This document shows positions 1 through 9,115 of a DNA stretch of 56,310 nt, one piece after another. The notes below the pieces were generated by a model. The model made no database searches, had not been told where the DNA came from, and saw nothing but the letters and a program-made list of their open reading frames with translations. Numbering within the stretch: position 1 is the stretch's first letter; each line of letters begins with the position of its first letter. The DNA comes from a virus (lineage: Duplodnaviria > Caudoviricetes): positions 1 to 56,310 of IMG/VR virus record IMGVR_UViG_3300044617_001003; one strand, given 5' to 3'. The translations under genes and the position numbers were made by a program.

Positions 1-92
1 GGCGATCCCGGCGGCGGCCCGGCCGGCGGCCCGGCCGGCGGGCCGGCCCGCCGCCCGCCCGGCGGCGGCCCAAGCGCTAGCGCTAGCGCTAT

Positions 93-147
93 AGACCCCG
101 GTGTAGCAAAGACCCCGGTGTAGCAAAGACCCCGGTGTAGCAAAGAC
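93..147. repeat. 17-bp tandem repeat AGACCCCGGTGTAGCAA x3.2
   Basis: Exact copies at 93, 110 and 127, plus a partial copy; preceded by an almost pure G/C tract (1-70) and (AGCGCT)x3 at 73-90. Confidence 0.95.
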
Positions 148-221
148 GCGAAGCGATTGGCACGACTCTTGCACTGTGTCCATTCAGCACAGAACGAACC
201 ACGAATAACGGAGACCCCGGG

Positions 222-620
222 ATGACAAAGCGAACCATCGAGATCGACGACGTTCTGCCGGATTGCGTGGAGACAGCCAAAGAGCAGATGAACGACCTGC
301 TCCGCGACTACATCAAGGACAACGAGCCCGACAAAACCCCGTGTATGTCAAACGACTTGGACTACAGCGGCGAGGTTCACTCAATCGTGGACGACGCCGT
401 CCCGCACGGAACTTCCGACATCGAGGCCGCGTGGTTTCTGCACGGCAAAGACTTGGAGGAAGCCTACGAAAACGCCGGCGTCGGTGAGAACCCGCGCGAG
501 AACGGCGGCATGGCGGCCATCTACTGCTACATCTACGAGAAGGTGGCCGAGTGGTACGCGGCGAACGCCGAGCGGATCTTCGACGAACTGCGGCACGGCG
601 ATTGCACTGACAGTGAATAG
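222..620 (+). CDS. Ocr-like (T7 gp0.3-like) acidic DNA-mimic anti-restriction protein
   Basis: Very acidic 132 aa. VHSIVDDAVPHGTSDI and YIYEKV resemble T7 Ocr IHMAADNAVPHYYADI and RIYEQL (recalled from memory). First gene of the early block. Confidence 0.6.
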   Translation: MTKRTIEIDDVLPDCVETAKEQMNDLLRDYIKDNEPDKTPCMSNDLDYSGEVHSIVDDAVPHGTSDIEAAWFLHGKDLEEAYENAGVGENPRENGGMAAIYCYIYEKVAEWYAANAERIFDELRHGDCTDSE

Positions 621-663
621 CCCCGTCTGACTCAAACACACTCAAACACAAGGAGGCCAGCGC

Positions 664-921
664 ATGATGCCAAACACAGATAGTTTCACGGGCGACGTAA
701 TGACACTCCTGAATCTCCGTGGCAAAGACGAAGTTATTCGCGTCACTTCGGGCGTGGACGACGAAGCGCTGGCTGACTTTCTCCGCGACAACTTGTTCGT
801 AAGCCTGTACCCGCACGTTGACAAGATGCCGAACTTCGTCAAGCAGATTGTGGCACGGGCTTTGCTGGATCATGTCGATTGGAAGCACGTTGCCCACTGG
901 ATTCGAGCGGAGAACAACTGA
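664..921 (+). CDS. hypothetical protein
   Basis: Strong AAGGAGG RBS; stop abuts the next ATG. Confidence 0.8.
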   Translation: MMPNTDSFTGDVMTLLNLRGKDEVIRVTSGVDDEALADFLRDNLFVSLYPHVDKMPNFVKQIVARALLDHVDWKHVAHWIRAENN

Positions 922-922
922 A

Positions 923-1381
923 ATGCAAACCTTCCTTCCGTACTCAAACTTCGTCGACTCGGCCCGCTGCCTGGACTATCGACGACTCGGCAAGCAAAGA
1001 GTCGAGTGCAAGCAGATCCTACAGGCGCTCGGCGTTCCGGTCGGTGGACCCCTGAGTGGCAAGCCGAGCAGTTGGCGAAGCCATCCTGCAACCCGAATGT
1101 GGCAAGGGCACGAGTATTCGCTCTGCGTGTACGCGATTGCCGTGTGCCGAGAGTGGCGCGGTCGAGGCTACAAGGACACGCTTCTGCCGCAGTTCATGTA
1201 TGCGGCGTCGTGCTGTCTTGAGAGCGGCGATCCGTCTAGTCCGCCGTGGCTGGGCGACGACGACTTTCATTCGTCGCACCGGAGCAACTTGCTCCGCAAA
1301 CTTCCCGGCCATTACTCGCAGTTCGGATGGAGCGAGCCCGACGACCTGCCATACGTCTGGCCGGCCGAGTTGGTCGCATGA
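923..1381 (+). CDS. pyrimidine dimer DNA glycosylase / endonuclease V-like (MSMEG_6728-type)
   Basis: MQTFLPY...LD.RRLGKQRVE..QIL, HPA..MW, PPWLG...FH.SHRSNLLRK motifs. Confidence 0.85.
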   Translation: MQTFLPYSNFVDSARCLDYRRLGKQRVECKQILQALGVPVGGPLSGKPSSWRSHPATRMWQGHEYSLCVYAIAVCREWRGRGYKDTLLPQFMYAASCCLESGDPSSPPWLGDDDFHSSHRSNLLRKLPGHYSQFGWSEPDDLPYVWPAELVA

Positions 1382-1392
1382 AGGAGGTGCCC

Positions 1393-1590
1393 ATGAGCAT
1401 GGAGGTTGTCGAGAAAGTCTACGCGGATCGGATCGCACGGCGGGCGCCAGAACTGATGGCGTTCGCCGAGGACTTCGCGATCGACCCGAGCAGGCGGAAT
1501 ATCTTCCGCCTCAAGATTGCTGTCGAGGAAGTTGAGCGAGATATCGCAGTTCGGGATGCCCTACGAAGCCAAATGGAGGTTCTGTCATGA
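1393..1590 (+). CDS. hypothetical protein
   Basis: AGGAGG RBS; ATGA overlap with the next gene. Confidence 0.7.
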   Translation: MSMEVVEKVYADRIARRAPELMAFAEDFAIDPSRRNIFRLKIAVEEVERDIAVRDALRSQMEVLS

Positions 1591-1796
1591 AGATGACCAC
1601 GAAGAAGCAGATCACGATGACCCGAAAGGAAGCCGAAGTCTTGATGTTCGGCATGGACTTTGCAGTAGGTGAGATTGGAGAGCCCGAGTGTCCCAAATGC
1701 CGCAAGGCTCTCCACTCGATCGTCAAGAAACTCGACAAGGCGTTTGATTTTCTTCGCGGTGAGGCGGACGACTTTCAGGAGTGCTGCAATGACTGA
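1587..1796 (+). CDS. hypothetical protein (CxxC)
   Basis: Translationally coupled ORF in the early operon. Confidence 0.7.
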   Translation: MKMTTKKQITMTRKEAEVLMFGMDFAVGEIGEPECPKCRKALHSIVKKLDKAFDFLRGEADDFQECCND

Positions 1797-1917
1797 CCTA
1801 GAACTCAAGAGAAACGAAGTCGAGGGCACGCTGGCCGAACTCGACCGGCTTCTGGCGAAGGCCGAGGAAGCCTACGAACTGATGGCATGGGCGGAAGAAG
1901 ATGAAAACGACGAGTGA
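1789..1917 (+). CDS. small acidic coiled-coil hypothetical protein
   Basis: MTDLELK..., AGGAG upstream, overlaps both neighbours. Confidence 0.55.
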   Translation: MTDLELKRNEVEGTLAELDRLLAKAEEAYELMAWAEEDENDE

Positions 1918-2206
1918 CGAATACCGCGTTTCCCCGAAAGTCGTCCTACGGCCAGGAGATCGGTTCCGCATATCCGGCGGGCCGTACTGGAAGATGGGCG
2001 ACGGCAGGAAGATACCGCTCGCGGCCCGTGGCGTCTGCACGTTCGTGCGGGCCACTCGGGTCGGCCAGCGGGTCTACATCGAGGCCAGGAACAAGGACGG
2101 TTCCGTCCTGCTCCATGTCGAGGGCAGGCGAAAGAACAAGGCAGCCCCGGAAATCGTGTGCCGTCCGTACAAGATCCGGAGCAAAATCAGGAGCAAGAAG
2201 CGATGA
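1901..2206 (+). CDS. basic hypothetical protein
   Basis: Coupled ORF, beta-rich and basic. Confidence 0.7.
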   Translation: MKTTSDEYRVSPKVVLRPGDRFRISGGPYWKMGDGRKIPLAARGVCTFVRATRVGQRVYIEARNKDGSVLLHVEGRRKNKAAPEIVCRPYKIRSKIRSKKR

Positions 2207-2448
2207 AATGCTTGAGGCAGGGAGAGAAGCCGTACTCGACGTTCGTGCGGCAATACATGGCGGGGTACTACGCTGGCGAGTCGGCCGCAGAGATCGCGAA
2301 GCGGCTCGACACGACAGAAGGCGCGCTGCTGGTCTACGCCTGCGACCTTCGCAAGAAGGGCGTCCGAATCCCCAAACTCAATGACCGGCTGGACGTTGAC
2401 CATCTCAACGGCATCATTCGGAGGGCCGCAAAATCATGGGCGCGATGA
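2203..2448 (+). CDS. helix-turn-helix DNA-binding protein
   Basis: SAAEIAKRLDTTEGAL...LRKKGV HTH pattern. Confidence 0.7.
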   Translation: MKCLRQGEKPYSTFVRQYMAGYYAGESAAEIAKRLDTTEGALLVYACDLRKKGVRIPKLNDRLDVDHLNGIIRRAAKSWAR

Positions 2449-2708
2449 AGGAAGTTATGATCGACTGCCTCGACTCCGGCGTGGTCCCGGTCGAGGCAAA
2501 GCGAATCGGAGAATGGGCCGACCAACTCGGCGACAACGCCAAGATCCTCAACGGGATGCCCATGAAGCATCGCTACGAGGGTCGCTACGGCGAGATCGAC
2601 GTTGACGTTCTGCCGGTGTCGGTGGCGTTTCGCGTTGGCGAACTCCTGCCCGACACCTACGATGAACTGGGGTGGATGATCGACTCTTTTCTGGAGACCC
2701 GGCTGTGA
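2445..2708 (+). CDS. hypothetical protein
   Basis: ATGA-coupled ORF. Confidence 0.7.
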   Translation: MKEVMIDCLDSGVVPVEAKRIGEWADQLGDNAKILNGMPMKHRYEGRYGEIDVDVLPVSVAFRVGELLPDTYDELGWMIDSFLETRL

Positions 2709-2920
2709 GAAAGAAACTTACGTCTGCGTATGACAGCCAAATCGACGCCGGCTCGGTCGTGCTGACCGGCGAGCAGGCCCGGGCGCTCGTGGTCGCCGTG
2801 GCGGACTCGATCCGCCACGGCCGCGCCGGGGGCGACGAGATCCTGACGGCCAGGATGCTGGCGGCCGTCGAGGCGCTGAACTATGTGTTTCAGATTGGCA
2901 TTGAGGAGGTGGACGCATGA
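2705..2920 (+). CDS. hypothetical protein
   Basis: GTGA-coupled ORF. Confidence 0.65.
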   Translation: MRKKLTSAYDSQIDAGSVVLTGEQARALVVAVADSIRHGRAGGDEILTARMLAAVEALNYVFQIGIEEVDA

Positions 2921-3297
2921 AAGTCGTCGATGCCGACGAGTTGGCCAAGATGCTTGGCGTGTGCCGGAGGACAGTGCTGTCGGCGGCCGGCGGGAACGTC
3001 GAGTACCTGGGCAACAAGGCTTTCATCCGGTCCAAAACCTCGGGAGTACCCGTTCGCGGCAAACACAAGACGCTGCAGCAGGTGGCCGATCAACTCGGTT
3101 GCTCGCGGTCCACGGTTCTGCGTGTGGTCAAGCGGACGGGCCTCGGCATCCAGATCGGCGGCCGTCGCTACATACCGGAGTCGCAGATCGGGCGGATCAA
3201 AAAGAGCATCCTCGCCCCCGGCGTCACGCAGATCCACGGCGACCGCAAAGCCATGAGCGAGCGCGGCCGGATGATGGCTCAGGCCCGATGGGGGTGA
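2917..3297 (+). CDS. tandem HTH (excisionase/MerR-like) DNA-binding protein
   Basis: Two HTH units, ELAKMLGVCRRTV and QVADQLGCSRSTV..GGRRYI; GAGGAGG RBS. Confidence 0.75.
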   Translation: MKVVDADELAKMLGVCRRTVLSAAGGNVEYLGNKAFIRSKTSGVPVRGKHKTLQQVADQLGCSRSTVLRVVKRTGLGIQIGGRRYIPESQIGRIKKSILAPGVTQIHGDRKAMSERGRMMAQARWG

Positions 3298-3581
3298 CCG
3301 ATCGAGTCCTCGGCGTGCCGCTTGCTGTGGCAACTGCTGCACAGAAGTCGCAGGTTGTGGATTGCGTCGGTTCCAAGGGGTTTCTCGATGATATGGTCGA
3401 CGTGCGCTTGCTTGCCGGAAACCAAGAACCCGCAGAGTTGGCACTTGCCTTCGTCGCGGGCGATCACGGCGAGCCGCGTTCGTCGCCATGCCGCAGAGCA
3501 GTACCCCCGCTCGGCCGCCGTCGGGCGGGGGGCTTTTGGTCGAGGACGGAAGGCCGGGATTCGTTTAGGCACAGACTTCAT
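3279..3581 (-). CDS. HNH endonuclease (HK97 gp74-like)
   Basis: RGY..AW...R..V..RD..CQLC, HVDHI, NLRLLCSSCH. Confidence 0.9.
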   Translation of the reverse strand: MKSVPKRIPAFRPRPKAPRPTAAERGYCSAAWRRTRLAVIARDEGKCQLCGFLVSGKQAHVDHIIEKPLGTDAIHNLRLLCSSCHSKRHAEDSIGHPHRA

Positions 3582-4116
3582 TCCCCCAGGCGGCCCAGCC
3601 GTCGCGGCGCCTTCTGGCAAAGAGTTCGATTCGTGATGCGTCCGGGTACAAGCGCTCGATGCGGGCCTGGATCTCGCCGGGCTTTGCACTGTGGGCTCCG
3701 AGCGGCGAGAGGACGACCTGGGCCACAGACTCGTCGGCGATGGGCAGCGGTCGCCCTGACTTTTTCATGGACCCGGCTAGAACAAACTCGGTGGTCGGCT
3801 TGACGATGCTGGGCCGAACGCCGCGAGCGCCGAACGGCACGCCGGCCTTGGTTGCCTTCACCCACACGAACGCCACGCCACGGTAATAGCACCCCCACGA
3901 CGCAAGTGTGCGGATGGCCAGATCCAGCCGAGGCCCGGTGGCCCAAAGAAACACGACGGACGACGGCTTGAGCAGAGACTTGACATCGAGGGCGAGGATC
4001 TCGTCGTCGCTCATCGTGTCGTAGAACTTGGCGGCAGCGCCCCACTTGTCCTTGGCGCCGTAGTACGACCAAGGCGGGTCGGCAAGCACTACGTCATACT
4101 TCTCGCCCGGAAGCAT
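3565..4116 (-). CDS. MT-A70 family N6-adenine methyltransferase
   Basis: ADPPW, FLWAT, HSAKP, RIELFAR...GW..WGNE. Confidence 0.9.
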   Translation of the reverse strand: MLPGEKYDVVLADPPWSYYGAKDKWGAAAKFYDTMSDDEILALDVKSLLKPSSVVFLWATGPRLDLAIRTLASWGCYYRGVAFVWVKATKAGVPFGARGVRPSIVKPTTEFVLAGSMKKSGRPLPIADESVAQVVLSPLGAHSAKPGEIQARIERLYPDASRIELFARRRRDGWAAWGNEVCA

Positions 4117-4417
4117 TGCGATGCCACCCCATCATGAGAACTCGATGCGAGTCGCGGGAGAACCACCACTCGACCACGATCTTGGCAATGGCGTTGACAA
4201 GCACGCTGATGATGAACATTGCCAGCACGCTGCCGTACTCCCTGCGGACCCGTATTCTCATTCGGGCCTTGAGAACGTCCACGAGCATGGCGGGGTCGCA
4301 GGTCTCGGGCCACTCGTCGACGGCCATTTCGATCAGCCGGTCGCGGAGTTTGCCGTGGGCGGCCAGCCTGAATCCGCCGCGCTTGGCGACGTAGGTCTTG
4401 AGCGGGGCGTAGATCAT
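4094..4417 (-). CDS. hypothetical membrane-associated protein
   Basis: One hydrophobic helix; coupled ORF. Confidence 0.7.
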   Translation of the reverse strand: MIYAPLKTYVAKRGGFRLAAHGKLRDRLIEMAVDEWPETCDPAMLVDVLKARMRIRVRREYGSVLAMFIISVLVNAIAKIVVEWWFSRDSHRVLMMGWHRNASGREV

Positions 4418-4647
4418 CAGTTTTTTCCGGTGCCCTTACAGACGGGGCAGACCACGAACACGCGACCGTCGCCGATTTTTCCGGCGCCGCGGCAATTGTC
4501 GCACTGCCCCGACGGGGCCGGCTCTGGCTTTTGCATCATGCTGTATTGGCCGGCCACGGCGACGATCGGCTGAAGGTCTCGGCGCAACTGGCCGACGCAC
4601 CCCGCAACGAGGAAAGCAGCACAGATCAGCGGCAGTGTTTTAGACAT
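4417..4647 (-). CDS. putative lipoprotein with DnaJ-type CxxCxGxG zinc-finger motifs
   Basis: Lipobox-like LVAG-C; CDNCRGAG and CPVCKGTG. Confidence 0.7.
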   Translation of the reverse strand: MSKTLPLICAAFLVAGCVGQLRRDLQPIVAVAGQYSMMQKPEPAPSGQCDNCRGAGKIGDGRVFVVCPVCKGTGKN

Positions 4648-5641
4648 ACCCCATCGCCCCGTAAGTAGTGTGCTGACGGCGAGGCCAGCCGGCCACGCTG
4701 GACAAGGCGATGCACTGTGCCTTGTCGATAGTCGAAGCCAGCGCCCAGAACGAGCCCGGCGGAATGTCGATTGGCGTGCCGCGAACCCTTCGAGGCCCGG
4801 AGTTCCACGCCGCCCAGGTGTTGTTCCAGAGAACTAGCGCCTGGCCGTACTTCTGGTGCGTCTCGGGCCGGTCGTCGTATCCGATAAAACTCTGCGCATG
4901 GTGCCAAATGCCGGTCTGGCGAGAGAATCCGTCCTCGTTGCGCGTCCTCTCGAACGCCATCGAACTACAGTTGAAGATCCCGTAGCCCTGAAACAGAAAG
5001 TCGCGAACTTGGTCGCGGCCGCTCAGAATCGTGGATGTCCTGGCGACATACTTCGATGACTCGTCGAGCCACTTCTGGCCGGGAGCCCGGGAACCACCGA
5101 GCGAGATGGTCTTTTCGGTGTATTGCGTCAGATCAATGCCGAGTTCGGGATAGGGCTTCCTGACCAAAAAGCCCTTCGCCGTCGCAACATGGGCGGCGCG
5201 AGAGCAGATCCAGCCGTCGGAGTCGTACCCCCGCCACGCCCAAAGAGACTCCGACGCAATCACGGAGTCTCGAACGCCACGCTCCGAAATCTGCGGCGCG
5301 CCTTCGAGTTTTCCAGTGACTTCGTCGGGGACGTTGCTCGCAATCTCCATCCCGAGCGAGGTAAGCAGGCAGTTGGCGGCCGCACGGGCGACGCAGTCGC
5401 CCGTCAACTGGGTCGGCCCAGGCCAGCACCCTGGAAAGACGCCCTGCACCGTCGGGAACAGCAGAATCAGTTTGCCTTTTCCGGCGTCCGCAAACTCCCA
5501 ACTGTGGGCCACGCTGCCGCCGTCGGGGTTGCCGCCGTGCCGAATAATCGAGTCGACCAACTCCTCGTCGGCGCGAGGGTCGCGCCGGCAGCCCATCAGG
5601 CCACGCGAGTAGGCGGCGGCTGGGTCGAACAAATCACTCAT
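4640..5641 (-). CDS. papain-like (C1 family) cysteine peptidase
   Basis: QLTGDC catalytic Cys motif, WHHAQSFIGYDD (His), NNTW...W (Asn). Confidence 0.75.
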   Translation of the reverse strand: MSDLFDPAAAYSRGLMGCRRDPRADEELVDSIIRHGGNPDGGSVAHSWEFADAGKGKLILLFPTVQGVFPGCWPGPTQLTGDCVARAAANCLLTSLGMEIASNVPDEVTGKLEGAPQISERGVRDSVIASESLWAWRGYDSDGWICSRAAHVATAKGFLVRKPYPELGIDLTQYTEKTISLGGSRAPGQKWLDESSKYVARTSTILSGRDQVRDFLFQGYGIFNCSSMAFERTRNEDGFSRQTGIWHHAQSFIGYDDRPETHQKYGQALVLWNNTWAAWNSGPRRVRGTPIDIPPGSFWALASTIDKAQCIALSSVAGWPRRQHTTYGAMGYV

Positions 5642-6113
5642 CGCCGTGGATGTCCATGACCCATGCCAGTGCGCCGCACGCGGCAACGAGCCGCTCCTGG
5701 CCCTGGGCGTCCAGTGCTTTTTGGTCCGGGCCGAGCGCGGCCATGAACGTGCGGTCGATAGCCTCGGCGAGCCCGGGATACTTCCCTACGCTCTCCTTGT
5801 CGATCGCCAGCCGCAGTGAGCCAGAGTGAAACGTGATGAAGTCGTCCGTCGTGGCGACGATCGGCTTTTCCCGCCCGAAGTCACGCAGCAGGATGAACGC
5901 CATGGCTTCGTAGAAACTCGACAGGTACAGGCGGTCCTTGGGCAGCATCCTGGCTGCAACCGGCGACACGGGCTTCGCCCAATCGAGATATTCCTGGCCC
6001 GGCCGTGGTGTCGAGACGCTGGACTCCTCGGGCGGCCACGACAGGTCGAGCGTCACGCCTTTCCACGAAAAGAACAGCAGGATCACCACGAGCGCATACC
6101 TCGCGTATTTCAT
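5634..6113 (-). CDS. hypothetical protein with N-terminal signal/anchor
   Basis: MKYARYALVVILLFFSW hydrophobic N-terminus. Confidence 0.75.
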   Translation of the reverse strand: MKYARYALVVILLFFSWKGVTLDLSWPPEESSVSTPRPGQEYLDWAKPVSPVAARMLPKDRLYLSSFYEAMAFILLRDFGREKPIVATTDDFITFHSGSLRLAIDKESVGKYPGLAEAIDRTFMAALGPDQKALDAQGQERLVAACGALAWVMDIHGDE

Positions 6114-6382
6114 TGGTCGCTCCCATCAACCAGTGCGAGCGTCAGAACGTCGATGGCCTTCTTCTGGTCGTCGCCCAGGCACTCGGTCCTGAGAAGCCGC
6201 AGGCGGACGGCCGCCAGATTGGCGATTGCCGTCTGGTAGTTCGGCGCAACAGCCACCGAAAGCGGCTTCGGCGCCGGCACGTTTTTGTCGTCCGACATGG
6301 CCCACGCCAGCATCTTGCTGGCCTCTGGCCAGACAGCGACCGCGACGGCTGCCACCCCACAGGCGACCTGAAATACGCTCAT
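6110..6382 (-). CDS. small membrane protein
   Basis: N-terminal hydrophobic helix; coupled ORF. Confidence 0.7.
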   Translation of the reverse strand: MSVFQVACGVAAVAVAVWPEASKMLAWAMSDDKNVPAPKPLSVAVAPNYQTAIANLAAVRLRLLRTECLGDDQKKAIDVLTLALVDGSDQ

Positions 6383-6657
6383 CACAGCACCTTCCCGGCC
6401 GCCCACTCGAAGAAGGCCTTGCCCTCTGGCGAGCGGAGGACCGCCTCAAGATGGAACAGAGCCTCGTCGTCGACCTCTGTGCTGGACTTCCCGGCCGCCC
6501 ACTGGACCGCCGACACGATGGCAAGCGCCTGGGCGTGCGGAGTCGGAGCCGAGGTAATCGCCTGCAGGCGGCCGAGCATCGGCGCCCACTCGGCGAGCAA
6601 CTTGAGTTTCTCGAAAATCGGAAGATTCGCGCCATAGATATCAACCGGCTCGTCCAT
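6382..6657 (-). CDS. hypothetical protein
   Basis: GGAGG RBS; coupled ORF. Confidence 0.75.
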   Translation of the reverse strand: MDEPVDIYGANLPIFEKLKLLAEWAPMLGRLQAITSAPTPHAQALAIVSAVQWAAGKSSTEVDDEALFHLEAVLRSPEGKAFFEWAAGKVL

Positions 6658-6832
6658 CTTTCTTGGCCTCCTTGCCCTTGTTGAGAAACTTGATGTATGC
6701 CGCAGACAGCGTCCTTGCCGTGCTGGTCAACTTGCCCCAATGACTCGGCGGCGCCTCGGGGACGAGCGACACAAGCGGTGTCGAGTCGTCGCCATACCGG
6801 GCCGCCGTGTAATCAAATCGTTCACCGCTCAT
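6641..6832 (-). CDS. hypothetical protein
   Basis: Overlapping small ORF in the operon. Confidence 0.6.
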   Translation of the reverse strand: MSGERFDYTAARYGDDSTPLVSLVPEAPPSHWGKLTSTARTLSAAYIKFLNKGKEAKKDGRAG

Positions 6833-7013
6833 GCGTTGCGTACTGGAGGACTTGGTAGGCGTCCTGAAAAACGCACCGCGCGATCTCCTCGACCTCCGCT
6901 TTCGTCGGCCGGCGATCCAACTTCCACGCCTCGGACTCAGTCTCCCTGTCGTCCAATTTCAGGACGAGAGTCGCCTCTTTGCCCGCGAGTATCAGTCGTA
7001 CCTCGGCCGTCAT
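6822..7013 (-). CDS. hypothetical protein
   Basis: Small ORF with GGAG upstream. Confidence 0.6.
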   Translation of the reverse strand: MTAEVRLILAGKEATLVLKLDDRETESEAWKLDRRPTKAEVEEIARCVFQDAYQVLQYATHER

Positions 7014-7344
7014 TCATGTGTGGCTCCGTAGCATTATTCATTCTACAGAATGCGCCCGCGCCGAGCCGGGACTCGCGGTCTGCCTCCGACCATCCGGCGC
7101 GGATCTCGGCGGCGGCCACCCGAATCTGCTCAGGAGACGGGATAAACACGTTCGGCTCCACTCGCTCGCGTAGCCCCAGCGAAGCCGCGTAGGCCAGAAG
7201 TTCGTGCGCCGACATCTCCATCTCGTCGCAGACCTCGTCGAAGGACAAGTCGCTGTACGACCAGAGTTTTCTCAGTTTTCGCTTCTTGTTCGCGCTGACT
7301 TTATTCGCGCGAATCTCTTCTTCAGTCCTGCGCGGCGACGCCAT
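6937..7344 (-). CDS. HTH-like protein with PSPEQI...EIR..W motif
   Basis: LSFDEVCDEMEMS HTH-like segment; C-terminal motif shared with 9112-9438. Confidence 0.65.
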   Translation of the reverse strand: MASPRRTEEEIRANKVSANKKRKLRKLWSYSDLSFDEVCDEMEMSAHELLAYAASLGLRERVEPNVFIPSPEQIRVAAAEIRAGWSEADRESRLGAGAFCRMNNATEPHMNDGRGTTDTRGQRGDSRPEIGRQGD

Positions 7345-8197
7345 GCGGTATGACGGCTGCATATCGGCAGCCGGGATTGAGGTACATTTGATATCCGGCC
7401 TGCCGCATGGTTTTGTGCAGGGCAACGTGTTCGCAGTCGCCGCCGACGTATTCGACCCCGTCCGCGAAAAAAGCCTGAGACCGGTAGACCGCCAGACCGC
7501 CGAATGCGGAGTTCATCGGGATCGGCTCGCTGCCGACCGGCGGCAGGAGTTCGTGAAACCAGCCGTGTTGCCGGCGGTCCTCCCACCAGTTCAGACGCGC
7601 GGCCCAGGCGTCGTACTGCATGACCCTAATCGCGCCCTCTTGCTCGGCGTGCGTGGAGGCCCAGAGCGAAACACTCGCCATGCCGCCCGGCCGAAGCGAT
7701 CGGCACTGCTCGGTGCCGTAGGCGTCAAGCCAGCCGATGCTGTTCAGGACGCCTTCCGGCGAGAACCCGCCCGTGGGATCCATGTCGATCACGACCACGA
7801 AGTCGCAGTCAGGGGCGTTTTGAACAGCCCAGCGGCGGCACCGGTTTCGGTACTCCGCCAGGGCGATCGTTCTGTCCTCCTCGAACCCCCGATAATCCGG
7901 CCTGTGCAGCGTGGCGTGTTCGTGGGTAGCCCACGGCCGGGACTCGGCGAACGAGGTGAGCATCTGGGTGGTGCCGTCGGTCGAGTCGTTTTCGTAGACG
8001 TAGAGCGACGCACTCTTGAAGAACCCGGCCGTCTCTTCGAGGAGAACCAGCGTGTTTTCGAGAAACGGCATGGCGTCCCTGGCGATGGCCAGGAAGCACA
8101 CCGACGACCTCGCGGCTGACTCTCGCCCAATGGCGACGTATTTGTCGTAATGCTCTTGATACGGCGGCTCGATTCGCCAGAAATCTTCAGGCTTCAT
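7322..8197 (-). CDS. GT-A fold glycosyltransferase (CAP59/Anp1-like)
   Basis: YENDSTDGT, LAEYRN, DMD (DxD), SAFGGLAVY, DCEHV. Confidence 0.8.
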   Translation of the reverse strand: MKPEDFWRIEPPYQEHYDKYVAIGRESAARSSVCFLAIARDAMPFLENTLVLLEETAGFFKSASLYVYENDSTDGTTQMLTSFAESRPWATHEHATLHRPDYRGFEEDRTIALAEYRNRCRRWAVQNAPDCDFVVVIDMDPTGGFSPEGVLNSIGWLDAYGTEQCRSLRPGGMASVSLWASTHAEQEGAIRVMQYDAWAARLNWWEDRRQHGWFHELLPPVGSEPIPMNSAFGGLAVYRSQAFFADGVEYVGGDCEHVALHKTMRQAGYQMYLNPGCRYAAVIPHGVAAQD

Positions 8198-8798
8198 TGA
8201 GGAATATCCAGAAGTGGTTCGGGTGGGCGCCTGGGTACGGGTGCGGAATGGCCATAAACTTCTCGTGGCCGAGCCGTTGAATCGCGTGGCTGACATCTCG
8301 CCTGTTGTCATGCACCTCGATCAGCCACCGCGTCCCCCTGAACTTCTCCGGCGTCGCGCCGTTCAGAACCAGATGCTCTGCGCCCTCAACGTCGATTTTC
8401 ACAAAATCGACGACACCGCCAGCGCAGGCGTCAAGGACGTAGTCCAGGGTTACTGCGGGGACACTCTCGACATCTATGACAGATGTTTTTTCTTGTCCAC
8501 CGCCGCCAATAGGGTGTGTCGGCAGGATCGACGATTGGTCAGGCTTGTCTCGGAGGTAAAAGTCCCTCTGACCGAAGGCGTCGGCGCACGCAAACTCGTG
8601 GAGCGTGGCGTTCCTGGGGATATGACGCCGGATTCGCTCTGCAGCCCGGCGGTCGGGCTCGACGGCAACGACGCTGTCGAAATACTGCGACAGCCAGTGC
8701 GTCCATTCGCCCTTGTTGGCCCCGATATCCAGGGCTACACGACGATGGCCTCGAAGAAAAAACTCGGCGTAATCCTGCAGCAAAAAGACTTCTTCCAT
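8187..8798 (-). CDS. FkbM family methyltransferase
   Basis: LDIGANKG, VEPD, FVKIDVEGAE..VL.G. Confidence 0.9.
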   Translation of the reverse strand: MEEVFLLQDYAEFFLRGHRRVALDIGANKGEWTHWLSQYFDSVVAVEPDRRAAERIRRHIPRNATLHEFACADAFGQRDFYLRDKPDQSSILPTHPIGGGGQEKTSVIDVESVPAVTLDYVLDACAGGVVDFVKIDVEGAEHLVLNGATPEKFRGTRWLIEVHDNRRDVSHAIQRLGHEKFMAIPHPYPGAHPNHFWIFLNEA

Positions 8799-8799
8799 G

Positions 8800-9078
8800 C
8801 TACACGCACCTCTGCAGAAAAGTCCTCGCGTCCTTGGCCGAATAGACGACTGCGCACGGGCACCCAGCGGCAGCCAGTTCGGCCATTCGTTTTTCCTGAA
8901 TCTTGCTGGGGGAGTTCCCAGGCACTTTGGCCTCCATCCAGACCGCGCGGCCGCCCTTGATGGCAAGAACGTCGGGAAGCCCGGCCATCTGGTAGGCGCT
9001 GCCATGAATCTTGACAGCGAACCAGCCCAGAGACCGTGCCTCTGCGACGACTTTCGTGACGATCGTTCGCTCCAGCAT
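8800..9078 (-). CDS. VRR-NUC domain nuclease / Holliday junction resolvase
   Basis: G.PD.L....G...WMEAK..G..PS..Q. Confidence 0.9.
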   Translation of the reverse strand: MLERTIVTKVVAEARSLGWFAVKIHGSAYQMAGLPDVLAIKGGRAVWMEAKVPGNSPSKIQEKRMAELAAAGCPCAVVYSAKDARTFLQRCV

Positions 9079-9086
9079 GGAGCGTT

Positions 9087-9115
9087 AGTGTGGCAACCTG
9101 TAGCCTACCGGTCAA
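9087..9115 (-). promoter_or_regulatory. putative sigma70 promoter
   Basis: TTGACC-N17-CACACT in the intergenic gap; TAGGCTAC in the spacer. Confidence 0.55.

Noticed and set aside
631-650. 10-bp duplication CTCAAACACA before an RBS
   Set aside because: It is probably slippage or an unstructured translation enhancer; nothing else supports a function.
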